This document shows positions 35,642 to 45,290 of a DNA stretch of 64,000 nucleotides, in pieces. Position 1 is the first letter of the stretch. Every line of letters starts with the position of its first letter. Both the position numbers and the translations under genes were made by a program. The notes beneath the pieces were generated by a model that had not been told where the DNA came from, did no database searches, and saw only the letters and a program-made list of their open reading frames with translations. Source of the stretch: Dehalococcoidia bacterium (lineage in GTDB: Bacteria; Chloroflexota; Dehalococcoidia; Lucifugimonadales; JADFKI01); the NCBI GenBank assembly GCA_965200085.1, contig OZ241333.1, forward strand, positions 2,403,704 through 2,467,703, in the 5' to 3' direction.

Positions 35642-35965
35642 ATGATTGCTTTCAACTGCATTGTTCAAGAAGGGATTGTACCCGACGACCTTCGTATTAA
35701 ACTCGCATCAGAGCTCAGGCATATCAGCGCCCCCGTACTCAGCCTCTCTGAAGACGAAATAGAAGTGAACTACTATGAAATACGGCACGGCTTCGGCTTC
35801 CGCGGAGGCGAAATATCCACAACTTCGACAGTACAGGGGCAGCTCTCCGAGCCGATTGATCAGACCACTCGTGTAGAATTGATGACACAAATCTGCGATA
35901 TGTGGTGCGCTGAAACGGGCTGCAGCACGGATGAACTCATAGTATCTGTGCGCGATCCACAATAA
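35642..35965 (+). CDS. Tautomerase-superfamily-like protein lacking Pro1 (paralog of the next gene)
   Basis: MIAFNCIVQEGIV aligns with MPYYKCIVPEGSV of the downstream ORF. AAGGAG lies upstream of ATG 35642. Confidence 0.45.
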   Translation: MIAFNCIVQEGIVPDDLRIKLASELRHISAPVLSLSEDEIEVNYYEIRHGFGFRGGEISTTSTVQGQLSEPIDQTTRVELMTQICDMWCAETGCSTDELIVSVRDPQ

Positions 35966-36033
35966 AATAACTCAGCAATAGAGTACAAGTCAGCAAAAGA
36001 CGCCATCAATTAGACAGGAGAAAGGAATGGAAA

Positions 36034-36438
36034 ATGCCGTATTACAAGTGCATCGTACCCGAAGGATCAGTGGAGTTCGAAAAGAGACAAGAAGTCGCCA
36101 AAGCAATCACGGATATTCACTGTGACAGCACAGGCGCTCCTCGAACTTTCGTACATGTCGAATTCATCGAATACCCTATAGGAGGCGACAGCGGATACGA
36201 TACGGATGCAGCGTACTACATGGACGGTCGCAACCGTGCAGGGCGTCCTGAAGAAGTTAAACAGAAGCTCCTTATCGACATCACTGCCGCGTTTGTGGAA
36301 ATAACCGGTATCTCGTCTGACGACATTGCCGGCAGTATAACGGAGGGTAAGGCGTCGCAAACCATGGAAGGTGGCCATGTCCTGCCCGAACCCGGCGAAG
36401 AAGGTCCTGAGTGGTTCGAGCATGCAGCAGCCGACTAG
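36034..36438 (+). CDS. Tautomerase-superfamily protein (Tautomerase_3-like) with N-terminal Pro1
   Basis: It starts Met-Pro (MPYYKCIVPEG). About 134 aa. The pattern matches putative oxalocrotonate-tautomerase-like proteins. Confidence 0.55.
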   Translation: MPYYKCIVPEGSVEFEKRQEVAKAITDIHCDSTGAPRTFVHVEFIEYPIGGDSGYDTDAAYYMDGRNRAGRPEEVKQKLLIDITAAFVEITGISSDDIAGSITEGKASQTMEGGHVLPEPGEEGPEWFEHAAAD

Positions 36439-36480
36439 CGTCCGCGTATAATCGATACCCATCTTAACTGACATTGCGAT

Positions 36481-36511
36481 GCGCCCGGTTCTCGCCGGGC
36501 GCATTATTTTT
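36481..36511 (+). terminator. Rho-independent terminator
   Basis: GCGCCCGG-TTCT-CGCCGGGCGC stem-loop followed by ATTATTTTT, 43 nt after stop 36438. Confidence 0.8.
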
Positions 36512-36663
36512 ACCTGTCAACTCAGTTACTCTATACCGCTCAACACTTCGGACACCCCAAGTAACACCAATCGCCTAGCAGTATAGGATTTGAAATAAAT
36601 ACAACCCATGTATAACATATCTATCAATTTCAATAATGAGCAATAAGCTTCGGAGGCAGTAGA

Positions 36664-37788
36664 GTGAAAATCACAGATCTGAAAGTAACTATGTTCAACT
36701 GGAAACAAGAAGCTTGGAGGACGGGAAGCGGCGGCGGAAGCGGCGCCGGCGGTGGGGTTTTCGGCGGAAACACTTTACTTGGCATCCTGACTATTGAGAC
36801 AGACGAAGGCATTGAAGGCAACGCCTTCCTAGGCTCATCAGGTCAAGGCGCAGACGACCTTGTAGGTCCTCTAATGAAGTTCCTCAAACCGGTTGTTATT
36901 GGCAGAAATCCCCTCGATAAGGGCGCAATCTGGTGGGAAATGTGGAAGCAGAACCGCCGAGTAACCACAAACGCCATAGGCGCAATCGATGTCGCCCTCT
37001 GGGACATAGCAGGCAAAGCCGCGAACATGCCCATACACCAGCTCATCGGAACCTGTAGATACAGCGTTCCCGCGTACTCCAGCACCGCTTGGCACGCCAC
37101 AGCCGAAGAGTACGCAGAAGAAGCGCAGCACTTCCAGTCATTAGGCTGGACAGCCCATAAGCTTCATCCCCACGGCGAGCCTAAGATGGACATCAAAATC
37201 TGCCAAGTAGTGCGCGAAGCAGTGGGCGACGACATGGTCCTCATGCTCGACTCAATGTGGTCATACTGCTACGAAGACTCTGTTCGCGTCGGGCGCGCGA
37301 TCGAGGATCTCGACTACTTCTGGTATGAAGACCCTCTGGTAGAAGAGGATATCTATAACTATGTCAAGCTGCGACAAAAACTCGACATACCCATAATGTC
37401 CACAGAATATGCCCCCGGCAGGCTCTACGGCATGGCTCATTGGATTCAGAGCTACGCCACGGACATCCTACGCGGCGACGTAGCCGTAACCGGCGGCATC
37501 ACTCCGCTAATCAAGATAGCCCACCTCGCAGAAGGCTTCGGAATGAAGTTCGAGATACACCACGGCGGAAACTCGCTCAATAATGTCGCTAACCTTCATG
37601 TAACCATGGCTATTCGCAATTGCGACTACTACGAAGTATTCCCCTGCACAGGCGCAAACAAGTATGCCCTCGTCGAAGACATCGAAGTTGATGACAAAGG
37701 CTTAGTATATGCGCCCACAGAGCCTGGTCTCGGCTACGAAATAGACTGGGAACTCGTGAAGCGTGAATTCGTGGAGGAAATATCATAA
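36664..37788 (+). CDS. Enolase-superfamily enzyme (mandelate racemase / muconate lactonizing enzyme family)
   Basis: GTG start. AIGAIDVALWDIAGKAANMPIHQLIG, LMLDSMW, YFWYEDPL and the barrel-domain layout are typical of MR/MLE. An unusual Gly-rich insert (GSGGGSGAGGGVFGG) lies near the N-terminus. Confidence 0.85.
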   Translation: MKITDLKVTMFNWKQEAWRTGSGGGSGAGGGVFGGNTLLGILTIETDEGIEGNAFLGSSGQGADDLVGPLMKFLKPVVIGRNPLDKGAIWWEMWKQNRRVTTNAIGAIDVALWDIAGKAANMPIHQLIGTCRYSVPAYSSTAWHATAEEYAEEAQHFQSLGWTAHKLHPHGEPKMDIKICQVVREAVGDDMVLMLDSMWSYCYEDSVRVGRAIEDLDYFWYEDPLVEEDIYNYVKLRQKLDIPIMSTEYAPGRLYGMAHWIQSYATDILRGDVAVTGGITPLIKIAHLAEGFGMKFEIHHGGNSLNNVANLHVTMAIRNCDYYEVFPCTGANKYALVEDIEVDDKGLVYAPTEPGLGYEIDWELVKREFVEEIS

Positions 37789-37874
37789 GATAGGCATTAC
37801 CCGCCACAAACGGCAATGTTGGGTTAGTGCTCCTTCACCCAATCTTATGTAAGAGGGACGAAAGTACATCGGCT

Positions 37875-38321
37875 ATGAAAGGCGCATCTATGGACCTCCA
37901 GAAAAGAATGCACGACTCCCCGTATCACCGCTGGCTAGGCGTGCAGTTGCTGCGTGACGATGTCGGTGAGGTAGAGGTGCGCCTGCCCTTCCGTGAAGAG
38001 TTTCTCGCATCAGATGATCGTTCCAACATCCATGGGGGTATCATTTCCACACTCGCAGACCTCACAACCTGCTTCGCAATGATGAGCACCACCGGGAAAG
38101 ATGCCCCAAACATGAATCTCCAGGTGGACTACTTGCGAATGGCAGGACCCGATACGGACTTAATCGCACGCGGCACAACGGTAAAATCAGGCCGCACCGT
38201 CGGCGTGGCAGATGTGGAGATACGAACGCCAAACGGCAGGCTTATAGCCGTCGGACGCTCTACTCTTGTCAACAGTTCCCCGCCGCGTCAAACACTCACA
38301 AAAACCGACACATCACAGTAA
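37875..38321 (+). CDS. PaaI-family (hotdog) thioesterase
   Basis: YHRWLGVQL, NIHGGIISTLADLTTCFA, VDYLRMA, GRTVGVADVEI. The start is uncertain: ATG 37875 or 37890. Confidence 0.8.
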   Translation: MKGASMDLQKRMHDSPYHRWLGVQLLRDDVGEVEVRLPFREEFLASDDRSNIHGGIISTLADLTTCFAMMSTTGKDAPNMNLQVDYLRMAGPDTDLIARGTTVKSGRTVGVADVEIRTPNGRLIAVGRSTLVNSSPPRQTLTKTDTSQ

Positions 38322-38395
38322 TATGAAGAGAACAAACCGCGAATTTTGAAAGTCCAGTCGGATTTTCCGACACATCCGACAGCCGAGTATCCAAT

Positions 38396-39391
38396 ATGCG
38401 TGCAGTAGTAATACATGAACACGGTGGGCGCGACAAGCTCATTCTCGAAGAAGTACCGAACCCGGCTCCTGCACCCGGCGAAATCAAGCTGCGAGTGAGG
38501 GCAGTTGGGCTAAACTACCTCGACATCTTCGTGCGTCAGGGCATGCCGGGCTTGCCCATCGATCTGCCCCGCATATCCGGCGGCGACATCGCAGGCAAAG
38601 TCATCGCGCTCGGCGAAGGAGTCAATTCCGTCTCCATCGGGCAGCGCCTGCTCATCGATCCTGCAGTGAGCATGCCCGACGGCACGCTCGGCGCACTCGG
38701 CGAAAGCACCACAGGAGGCTTGTCAGAATACTTCACCGTCTCCGAAAATAATGCTATACCGTTGCCCGACGATGTAACTTATGAGCAAGCTGCCGCTCTG
38801 CCCATCGCATACGGCACGGCTTGGAGAATGCTCATCACCCGCGGCAAACTCCAAGCGGGAGAAAGCGTCCTTATTCTCGGCGCGAGCGGCGGAGTAGGGA
38901 CAGGTGCAGTGCAGATTGCCAAGATGCTTGGCTGCGAAGTATTCGCCGCCGCCAGCAGCCCTGACAAACTTGCGCGCCTGAAAGATCTGGGCGCAGATCA
39001 CCTCGTGAACTACATTCAATACCCTGAGTTTCACCGCTACGTCCGCAGCCTTACGGACGGAAAAGGCGTGGATGTAATCGTAAACTACACAGGGGGCGAC
39101 AGCTGGGTCCGCAGTCTGAAAGCGATCAAGCACGGCGGCCGCATCCTCACCTGCGGCGCAACTGCCGGATTTGACCCGCCGACCGACATACGCTACATCT
39201 GGCGCAGAGAAATGGACATACGCGGTTCTGACGGCTGGCGCAGAGAAGACCTTGTTCAGCTGCTCGAAGCAGTGCAGCAAGGCAGAATTACTCCCGTCAT
39301 AGGCGCGGTGCTGCCATTGGAGAATACAGCCGAGGGGCACCGGTTGCTGGAGGACAGAGAAATCTTCGGAAAAGTAATCATCACACCATAA
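38396..39391 (+). CDS. Zinc-type alcohol dehydrogenase / quinone oxidoreductase (MDR superfamily)
   Basis: MRAVVIHEHGG...LEEVPNPAPAPGEIKLRVRAVGLNYLD and GESVLILGASGGVGTGAVQIAKMLG. Confidence 0.85.
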   Translation: MRAVVIHEHGGRDKLILEEVPNPAPAPGEIKLRVRAVGLNYLDIFVRQGMPGLPIDLPRISGGDIAGKVIALGEGVNSVSIGQRLLIDPAVSMPDGTLGALGESTTGGLSEYFTVSENNAIPLPDDVTYEQAAALPIAYGTAWRMLITRGKLQAGESVLILGASGGVGTGAVQIAKMLGCEVFAAASSPDKLARLKDLGADHLVNYIQYPEFHRYVRSLTDGKGVDVIVNYTGGDSWVRSLKAIKHGGRILTCGATAGFDPPTDIRYIWRREMDIRGSDGWRREDLVQLLEAVQQGRITPVIGAVLPLENTAEGHRLLEDREIFGKVIITP

Positions 39392-39460
39392 CTATCGGTT
39401 AACACTCGTTTGCAAGACCCGCCGATAAAGCACAATCATCTTAAGAAAGGTGATAATCGC

Positions 39461-41041
39461 ATGATGCAAGTTGAAAAACATCCATCCAAGAACTTCGGTG
39501 AACTATTCTGGCGTCCCGTAATGCTCTACTCCGACAAAGTAGTCATTCAGCAGGGTGATGCTTCACTCACATATGCAGAACTGGAAACCCGCACACAGAA
39601 TCTGGCGTCAGCCCTCAGTCAACTTGGCATCGGTAAGGACGATAAAGTGATGCTCCTGATGACCAACGACTATCGCTTCGTTGAGAGTTTGTTCGGGATA
39701 ATACGCATCGGCGCGGTTGCAGTGCCAGCGAACATCAAGCTAGGTAACGACAGCCTCATATACATCGCTGAACACAGCGACTCAAGCATCTTAATCGCTC
39801 ACGAAGACCTTGCCGACAAAGCCCAGGCAATTCAGAACGGCGCCTCCAACATCGGGCACACCATAATTGTTGGCGAAAGCCTGCCCGACACTCTCGATTA
39901 CGAAGAATTGCTTGCCGACGAACAGGATGGCTTCGTAACTGCAGAGGTTGAAGACGACGATGTCGCCATGATGATGTACACTTCCGGTTCAACAGGCAGA
40001 CCAAAAGGCTGTCTGCTCAGCCATGCCAGTAAATGGTGGACGGCTCGTTCCAATGTGCGTGCCATGATGCACATCCAGTCCGACCGCGCTCTCATTGTCG
40101 GTCCTCTCTACCACGCCAACGCACTTTGGGGAAGCCTTATACCCATGCTGTACGTTGGAGGATCAGCCGCCATCCTGCCCGGTTTTTCCGCCGTGCCGGT
40201 CATCGAAGCAATCGATCGCTACAAACCTTCCTTCATGTCCGGAACGCCCTCTATGTACAGCCTGATGCTTGCCGAGCGTGAGGCGCTGGAAGCAAACGAT
40301 GTAACATCCTTCGAGTTCCTATCGTGCGGCTCTGCGCCGGTGCCCGAAGAACTTATGCAGGAGATAAACCGTGTCTTCGGCTGCGAGGTAGTGGAAAGCT
40401 ACGGCCTCACCGAGGCGGGCGCAAACGTGCTCACTCCACGCTGGGGCGTCAAGAAACTGGGCAGCTGCGGCTTGCCTGTAATGGATGTGGAAATTCGTAT
40501 CGTTGATGTCGAAGACGATAACCGCGACTGCGAACCCGGTGAAATAGGCGAACTATGGAGCAAAGGTCCGCCTAACCTGCTCGGCTACTACAAGCAGCCA
40601 GATGTTACTGCCGAGAAAATGACACCTGACGGCTTCGTCAAGTCCGGTGATCTCGTATATGCCGACGAACAGGGATACATCTACTTCCAAGGACGCAAGG
40701 ACGACATGATTAACTGCGGCGGTGAGAATGTTTATCCCAAAGAAGTGGAAACTATAATCCTCACCCACCCCGCAGTCGCAGATGTCAGTGTGGTGTCCGC
40801 ACGCCATCGAGTCAAAGGCGAAGCGCCAATAGCCTGGGTAGTGCTGCACAAGGGCGAATCGGTTGACGAAAATGATCTAAAACAACACTTCTTCGCAAAC
40901 GGACCTGCGTATGCCCACCCACGCCGCGTATTCTTCTTGAACGAAATCCCCGTCTCCGGCACAAACAAAATAGACCGCAAATGGCTCACCGAAGAAGCAT
41001 CCCGGCGCATCCCGGACGGCATTGCCGGCGGCATGGGATAG
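39461..41041 (+). CDS. AMP-dependent acyl-CoA synthetase/ligase
   Basis: The AMP-binding motif is MMYTSGSTGRPKGC. Also YGLTEAG, GDLVYADEQGYIYFQGRKDDMINCGGENVYPKEVE and TNKIDRK. Confidence 0.9.
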   Translation: MMQVEKHPSKNFGELFWRPVMLYSDKVVIQQGDASLTYAELETRTQNLASALSQLGIGKDDKVMLLMTNDYRFVESLFGIIRIGAVAVPANIKLGNDSLIYIAEHSDSSILIAHEDLADKAQAIQNGASNIGHTIIVGESLPDTLDYEELLADEQDGFVTAEVEDDDVAMMMYTSGSTGRPKGCLLSHASKWWTARSNVRAMMHIQSDRALIVGPLYHANALWGSLIPMLYVGGSAAILPGFSAVPVIEAIDRYKPSFMSGTPSMYSLMLAEREALEANDVTSFEFLSCGSAPVPEELMQEINRVFGCEVVESYGLTEAGANVLTPRWGVKKLGSCGLPVMDVEIRIVDVEDDNRDCEPGEIGELWSKGPPNLLGYYKQPDVTAEKMTPDGFVKSGDLVYADEQGYIYFQGRKDDMINCGGENVYPKEVETIILTHPAVADVSVVSARHRVKGEAPIAWVVLHKGESVDENDLKQHFFANGPAYAHPRRVFFLNEIPVSGTNKIDRKWLTEEASRRIPDGIAGGMG

Positions 41042-41050
41042 GATTGCGTT

Positions 41051-42295
41051 ATGACAAAAACATTTCTCCTGAAAAACGCCCGGCTCATTGACGGCAACGG
41101 AGACGCGCCGTTAGACAGTCAGTCTGTACTAATCAGTGATGGCATTATCTCAGCAGTCGCTGAAAGCGAAGCCCTGACCGTCCCTCCGGACGCCGCTGAA
41201 ATCGACCTGAGCGGCAAGACGCTGCTGCCCGGCTTCATAGACTGCCATGTGCATATCATGGGCAACCCGGACCCGCGTCTCGCTCCCCGTCCGTCCAACA
41301 TCCCCATACGAGATGACGCATACCTTAAAGGACGGAACCTGCTTCAGGCTGTCAACGCCTGCAAAAAGACACTCCATGCAGGCTTTACAACCATTCGAGA
41401 CCTAGGCGCGCCAAATGAAATCTTCGCCCTGCGAGACAGCCTATCAGCCGACGAACACATCGGTCCCCGCCTGCTGTCAGCCGGCAAAGGCATTACACAT
41501 ACCGGTGGACACGGCACCGAGTACGGAGATATGGCTCATGTCGCTGACGGCGCCGAAGAAGTGCTAAAGGCTATAAGGTATCAGGCAGTCGCAGGCGCAG
41601 ACGCCATCAAAATAATCGGAGGCACGCGTCCCGCCCTTTCGCCGCCCTTCCGTGGACGCGCCGGTTACATAACTCAAGAACTCATCCCCGGAGTGGAAGA
41701 GGCGCACAGAGCAGGGCTAAGAGTCGCCGCACACGCTCACTCGCACACCGAAGGAATCAAGAACTGCATCCGAGCGGGCGTGGACTCCATCGAACACGGC
41801 TTTCCCCTTGATGAAGAAGCGGCTGAAATGATGGCTCAACGCGGCACATATCTTTGCCCCACTCTCTCAGTCAATCCAGCAGCGCAGCAAGCTATTGAGG
41901 AAGGACTGTGGACTTACCGCGGGTCCGAGGAGCAGATGAAGCGCATGGAGACTTATGCTCGCGATACAATCAGATTGGCAAAGCGCACAGGAGTGAAAAT
42001 CGCGCTAGGCACGGACGCCGCTATGCCTCTTGTATTCCATGGCGACAATGCCCATGAGTTCGAGCTGATGGTAGAGTATGGCTTATCGCCTATGGAAGCC
42101 ATAGTAGCTGGCACGCGCAACGCTGCCGATAATATCGGACTGCTGAACGAGTCTGGAACTATTGAAGCAGGCAAACGCGCAGATCTAGTTGCCGTTGACG
42201 GCAATCCGCTGGAAAATATCAGCATACTGCGTGACGCCGCCGCCATAGTCCTCGTCATAAGAGATGGGATGACGGTGAAGAACACCCTAGTTTAA
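41051..42295 (+). CDS. Metal-dependent amidohydrolase
   Basis: LLPGFIDCHVHI, AHAHS and ALGTDA mark the metal-ligand positions of the amidohydrolase fold. Confidence 0.85.
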   Translation: MTKTFLLKNARLIDGNGDAPLDSQSVLISDGIISAVAESEALTVPPDAAEIDLSGKTLLPGFIDCHVHIMGNPDPRLAPRPSNIPIRDDAYLKGRNLLQAVNACKKTLHAGFTTIRDLGAPNEIFALRDSLSADEHIGPRLLSAGKGITHTGGHGTEYGDMAHVADGAEEVLKAIRYQAVAGADAIKIIGGTRPALSPPFRGRAGYITQELIPGVEEAHRAGLRVAAHAHSHTEGIKNCIRAGVDSIEHGFPLDEEAAEMMAQRGTYLCPTLSVNPAAQQAIEEGLWTYRGSEEQMKRMETYARDTIRLAKRTGVKIALGTDAAMPLVFHGDNAHEFELMVEYGLSPMEAIVAGTRNAADNIGLLNESGTIEAGKRADLVAVDGNPLENISILRDAAAIVLVIRDGMTVKNTLV

Positions 42296-42298
42296 GAC

Positions 42299-43234
42299 CT
42301 AGAACTGCTCCTCCGTCGCCCAAGTTTTTATCAGATGGTGCGCTATTGCAAGCTGCCCCGGCACCGTCAGTTTATCGCTCTTACCCTCCAGCGCAAGCAG
42401 CACTTCAGAGCGCTCAAACCACTGAACATCCGTCATCTCTTCCGCATCCATGTTGATGTCCGTAGTAGCGGCTTCAGCAATGCAGCCTATCATCAGAGAC
42501 GAAGGAAACGGCCAAGGCTGCGAAGAATGATAACGTACATTCTTCACCTGTATCCCTGCTTCCTCCATAATCTCACGCGCCACAGCCTCCTCTATCGCCT
42601 CTCCCTGGTCCATAAACCCTGCCAGCGCCGAGTACATACGCATACGCGACAGCCTTCCTCTTGACTGCCCCAGCAAACAGCGGTCTCGCTCCGTGTCCTC
42701 CACCACAGTGATTATCACAGGATCGGTGCGCGGGAAGTGCTGCGCCTTGCACGACGGACACACACGCATCTGACCGCCACGCCTCATAATTGAAGGCTGC
42801 CCGCACACTGAACAGAATCCGTGCCGCCTATGCCAGTCCAGCTGCGCACGCGCCTGAGCAACTATCCCGCCTTCCTGCACTGACAGAAGCTCTCCCGCTG
42901 TCCTGCAATCCTCAAAGCGAACTCTCGTGCATCTCTCGACAGAAGCCGCAGCGTTCTCATCGGACAGTTCGACTGCAAAGTGTGTAACGCCGTCATGCAG
43001 CCCCAGCATAATCGGCTTATTCTCTACACCGCACTCACGCAGCGCATCTACGGACATCCACACTAATGTCGGTTCTGCATCACCTCCAAGCAGCACATTC
43101 AGATTATTGAACGGCAGAAATCGACTCCGAGAATCCCGCGACTGAGCCTCAATCCAATCCTCGTCACGCCGCTCCCGTTCACCCCTGTCCAGCGGATTGC
43201 CTGCAAATACATGTGGCTTCCTCAATGAATACAC
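42299..43234 (-). CDS. nudC: NAD(+) diphosphatase (NADH pyrophosphatase)
   Basis: The Zn ribbon is CSVCGQPSIMRRGGQMRVCPSC. The Nudix box is GFMDQGEAIEEAVAREIMEEAGI. The NudC signature is SQPWPFPSS. Confidence 0.9.
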   Translation of the reverse strand: MYSLRKPHVFAGNPLDRGERERRDEDWIEAQSRDSRSRFLPFNNLNVLLGGDAEPTLVWMSVDALRECGVENKPIMLGLHDGVTHFAVELSDENAAASVERCTRVRFEDCRTAGELLSVQEGGIVAQARAQLDWHRRHGFCSVCGQPSIMRRGGQMRVCPSCKAQHFPRTDPVIITVVEDTERDRCLLGQSRGRLSRMRMYSALAGFMDQGEAIEEAVAREIMEEAGIQVKNVRYHSSQPWPFPSSLMIGCIAEAATTDINMDAEEMTDVQWFERSEVLLALEGKSDKLTVPGQLAIAHHLIKTWATEEQF

Positions 43235-43569
43235 TCCTTACATCGCCCGTTATAATACTGCGACCTAGCGCCGCCTCCAAGCGATTATACATAACAGAAA
43301 CCACGCTATTCCATAATCAATAGCGCTTCTCAACTAAATAACCATTAAATAACAATCAATACTCTCTCGTGCACGACTACCATATTTCACCCTGTTTTAT
43401 GTATCATGCCTTTGCTCTAGAATTGCCAAAACGGACATTTGACCTTGTATTCGCTGTAATTAGCAGGGGCACGGGACGATCAACAACACATCAGAGCCAA
43501 CTCAACGCCAGCGCAACTGAGGCCGGAGTACATTCTTTGAACAGAAACCCTGACGGACACCAAGTCGCT

Positions 43570-45120
43570 ATGAACAAGAGATACGACTACATCATCGTGG
43601 GAGCAGGTTCTGCAGGCTCAGTCCTTGCCGCTCGCCTATCCGAAGATTCTAACTGTTCAGTTCTGCTCCTCGAAGCAGGCATGGACTATCTCACACCCGA
43701 GCAGATGCCCGACACCGTAAAATACGCTTACGGTACGGACGCAACTATATGGGAAAGCCGGCATATATGGAAGTTCCGCGCCAGAGCCAGTGATCGCGCC
43801 TATATCGACATACCGCGCGGAAAGGTAACGGGCGGCTCCAGCGCAGTTAACGACGCCCAGTTCCTCCGAGCCATGCCGGATGATTTCGACAGGTGGGAAA
43901 GCTGGGGAAACACAGAATGGAGCTACAACAAGATATTCCCATACTTGCGAAAGCTGGAGACTGACCTAGATTTCGAAAACGAATTCCACGGCGCCAATGG
44001 CCCAATCGTCTGCCGCAGGCATCAGCCCGAGGAATGGGGACAACACCAGCATGCGTTCTATCAGGCATGTATGGATGCCGGCTTCGCTCACTGTCCTGAC
44101 CATAATCGCCCCAACTCAACCGGTGTAGGACCGCTCGCATTTAACATAGATGACCGGGTACGAGTAAGCACCGCAATCGCCTACCTGGATCCCGCGCGCA
44201 ATCGAGCCGGGCTTACTATAATGTCGAACTGCCATGTACACGGCATCATCTTCGAGCGCAGCCGAGCGGTGGGTGTACGTGCGATTAGAGAGCAGAAAGA
44301 GTTTACTGCATACGGCAGCGAAGTAATCCTATGCGCCGGCGCCATAGGAACGCCACAAATCCTCGCGCTATCAGGGATTGGTCCTGCTGACCAGCTGCGA
44401 CAGTTAGGCATACCTGTGATACAGAACCTCCCCGGAGTCGGGCGCAATCTCAGAGATCACCCCGATGTGCCAATGGCTTGGAGAACACACGCAGACTTTC
44501 AAATAAACACTGAACAAGTCGCAACCGGGACAGTAACTCTGCGATTCACAGCGTCAAACTCGCCTTTCACCAACGATCTGGTCATCTATATGGGAAACTA
44601 CTCGGCTGCAAAACCGATGCGAGGGCAAGATAACTTGCACCCCATCGGCTTAGGCGTAAGCCTCTGCCTATACTTAGCGCTAAGTCAGGGTGAGCTGCGC
44701 ATCCGTTCACGCGACCCATATCAGCGCCCATATCTCGATTTCAATCTGCTGGCTCACCCCTTCGACCGCGCCCGCCTCCGAGAAGCAATCAAACTATGTG
44801 CAGATATATTCAAGCACAAAGCCTTCGCTCCCATCATCCTAGACCGCATCGCGCCGTCCGAAGATATACTGAACGATGACAACGCCCTTGATTCTTGGAT
44901 GAAGCGCGAAGTAGTAACCGCACACCACGTTTCAAGTACCTGCAAGATGGGACCTGAAGATGACACCATGTCGGTAGTTGACCAGTATTGCAAAGTGCAC
45001 GGTGTAGATGGGCTCAGAATCATCGACGCATCTATCATGCCCGACACCGTGCGCGCCAACCTCAACTTAACCGTAATCGCCATGGCAGAGCGCGCAGCCG
45101 ACCTTATCAAAGAAGATTAG
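43570..45120 (+). CDS. GMC-family FAD oxidoreductase (choline-dehydrogenase-like)
   Basis: YDYIIVGAGSAGSVLAARLSED, LLLEAG, GKVTGGSSAVN, and the C-terminal HHVSSTCKMG...GLRIIDASIMP. ATG 43570 fits the family N-terminus. Confidence 0.9.
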   Translation: MNKRYDYIIVGAGSAGSVLAARLSEDSNCSVLLLEAGMDYLTPEQMPDTVKYAYGTDATIWESRHIWKFRARASDRAYIDIPRGKVTGGSSAVNDAQFLRAMPDDFDRWESWGNTEWSYNKIFPYLRKLETDLDFENEFHGANGPIVCRRHQPEEWGQHQHAFYQACMDAGFAHCPDHNRPNSTGVGPLAFNIDDRVRVSTAIAYLDPARNRAGLTIMSNCHVHGIIFERSRAVGVRAIREQKEFTAYGSEVILCAGAIGTPQILALSGIGPADQLRQLGIPVIQNLPGVGRNLRDHPDVPMAWRTHADFQINTEQVATGTVTLRFTASNSPFTNDLVIYMGNYSAAKPMRGQDNLHPIGLGVSLCLYLALSQGELRIRSRDPYQRPYLDFNLLAHPFDRARLREAIKLCADIFKHKAFAPIILDRIAPSEDILNDDNALDSWMKREVVTAHHVSSTCKMGPEDDTMSVVDQYCKVHGVDGLRIIDASIMPDTVRANLNLTVIAMAERAADLIKED

Positions 45121-45203
45121 TCGTAACAACTCCTCATATATACGCTCACTCCCACCAATCAGAGGTCATATCTGTGCTACCGCTATTAAGTAATAGAATA
45201 GAA

Positions 45204-45232
45204 TTGTACGATAGAGTGCGCTAGGATATACT
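45204..45232 (+). promoter_or_regulatory. Candidate sigma70-type promoter upstream of relA/spoT
   Basis: TTGTAC (45204-45209), 17-nt spacer, TATACT (45227-45232), 59 nt before ATG 45291. Confidence 0.4.
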
Positions 45233-45290
45233 ACAATAGTGAAAAGTCAGGTTAAATTCAAACCGATAAGCATCATAGGCATGCGTAAAC

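Noticed and set aside
43369-43569. 67-aa N-terminal extension of the GMC oxidoreductase ORF.
   Set aside because: The Rossmann motif YDYIIVGAGSAG normally lies within about 10 residues of the N-terminus. ATG 43570 fits that. The upstream part is AT-rich intergenic-looking sequence shared with the divergent nudC promoter region.
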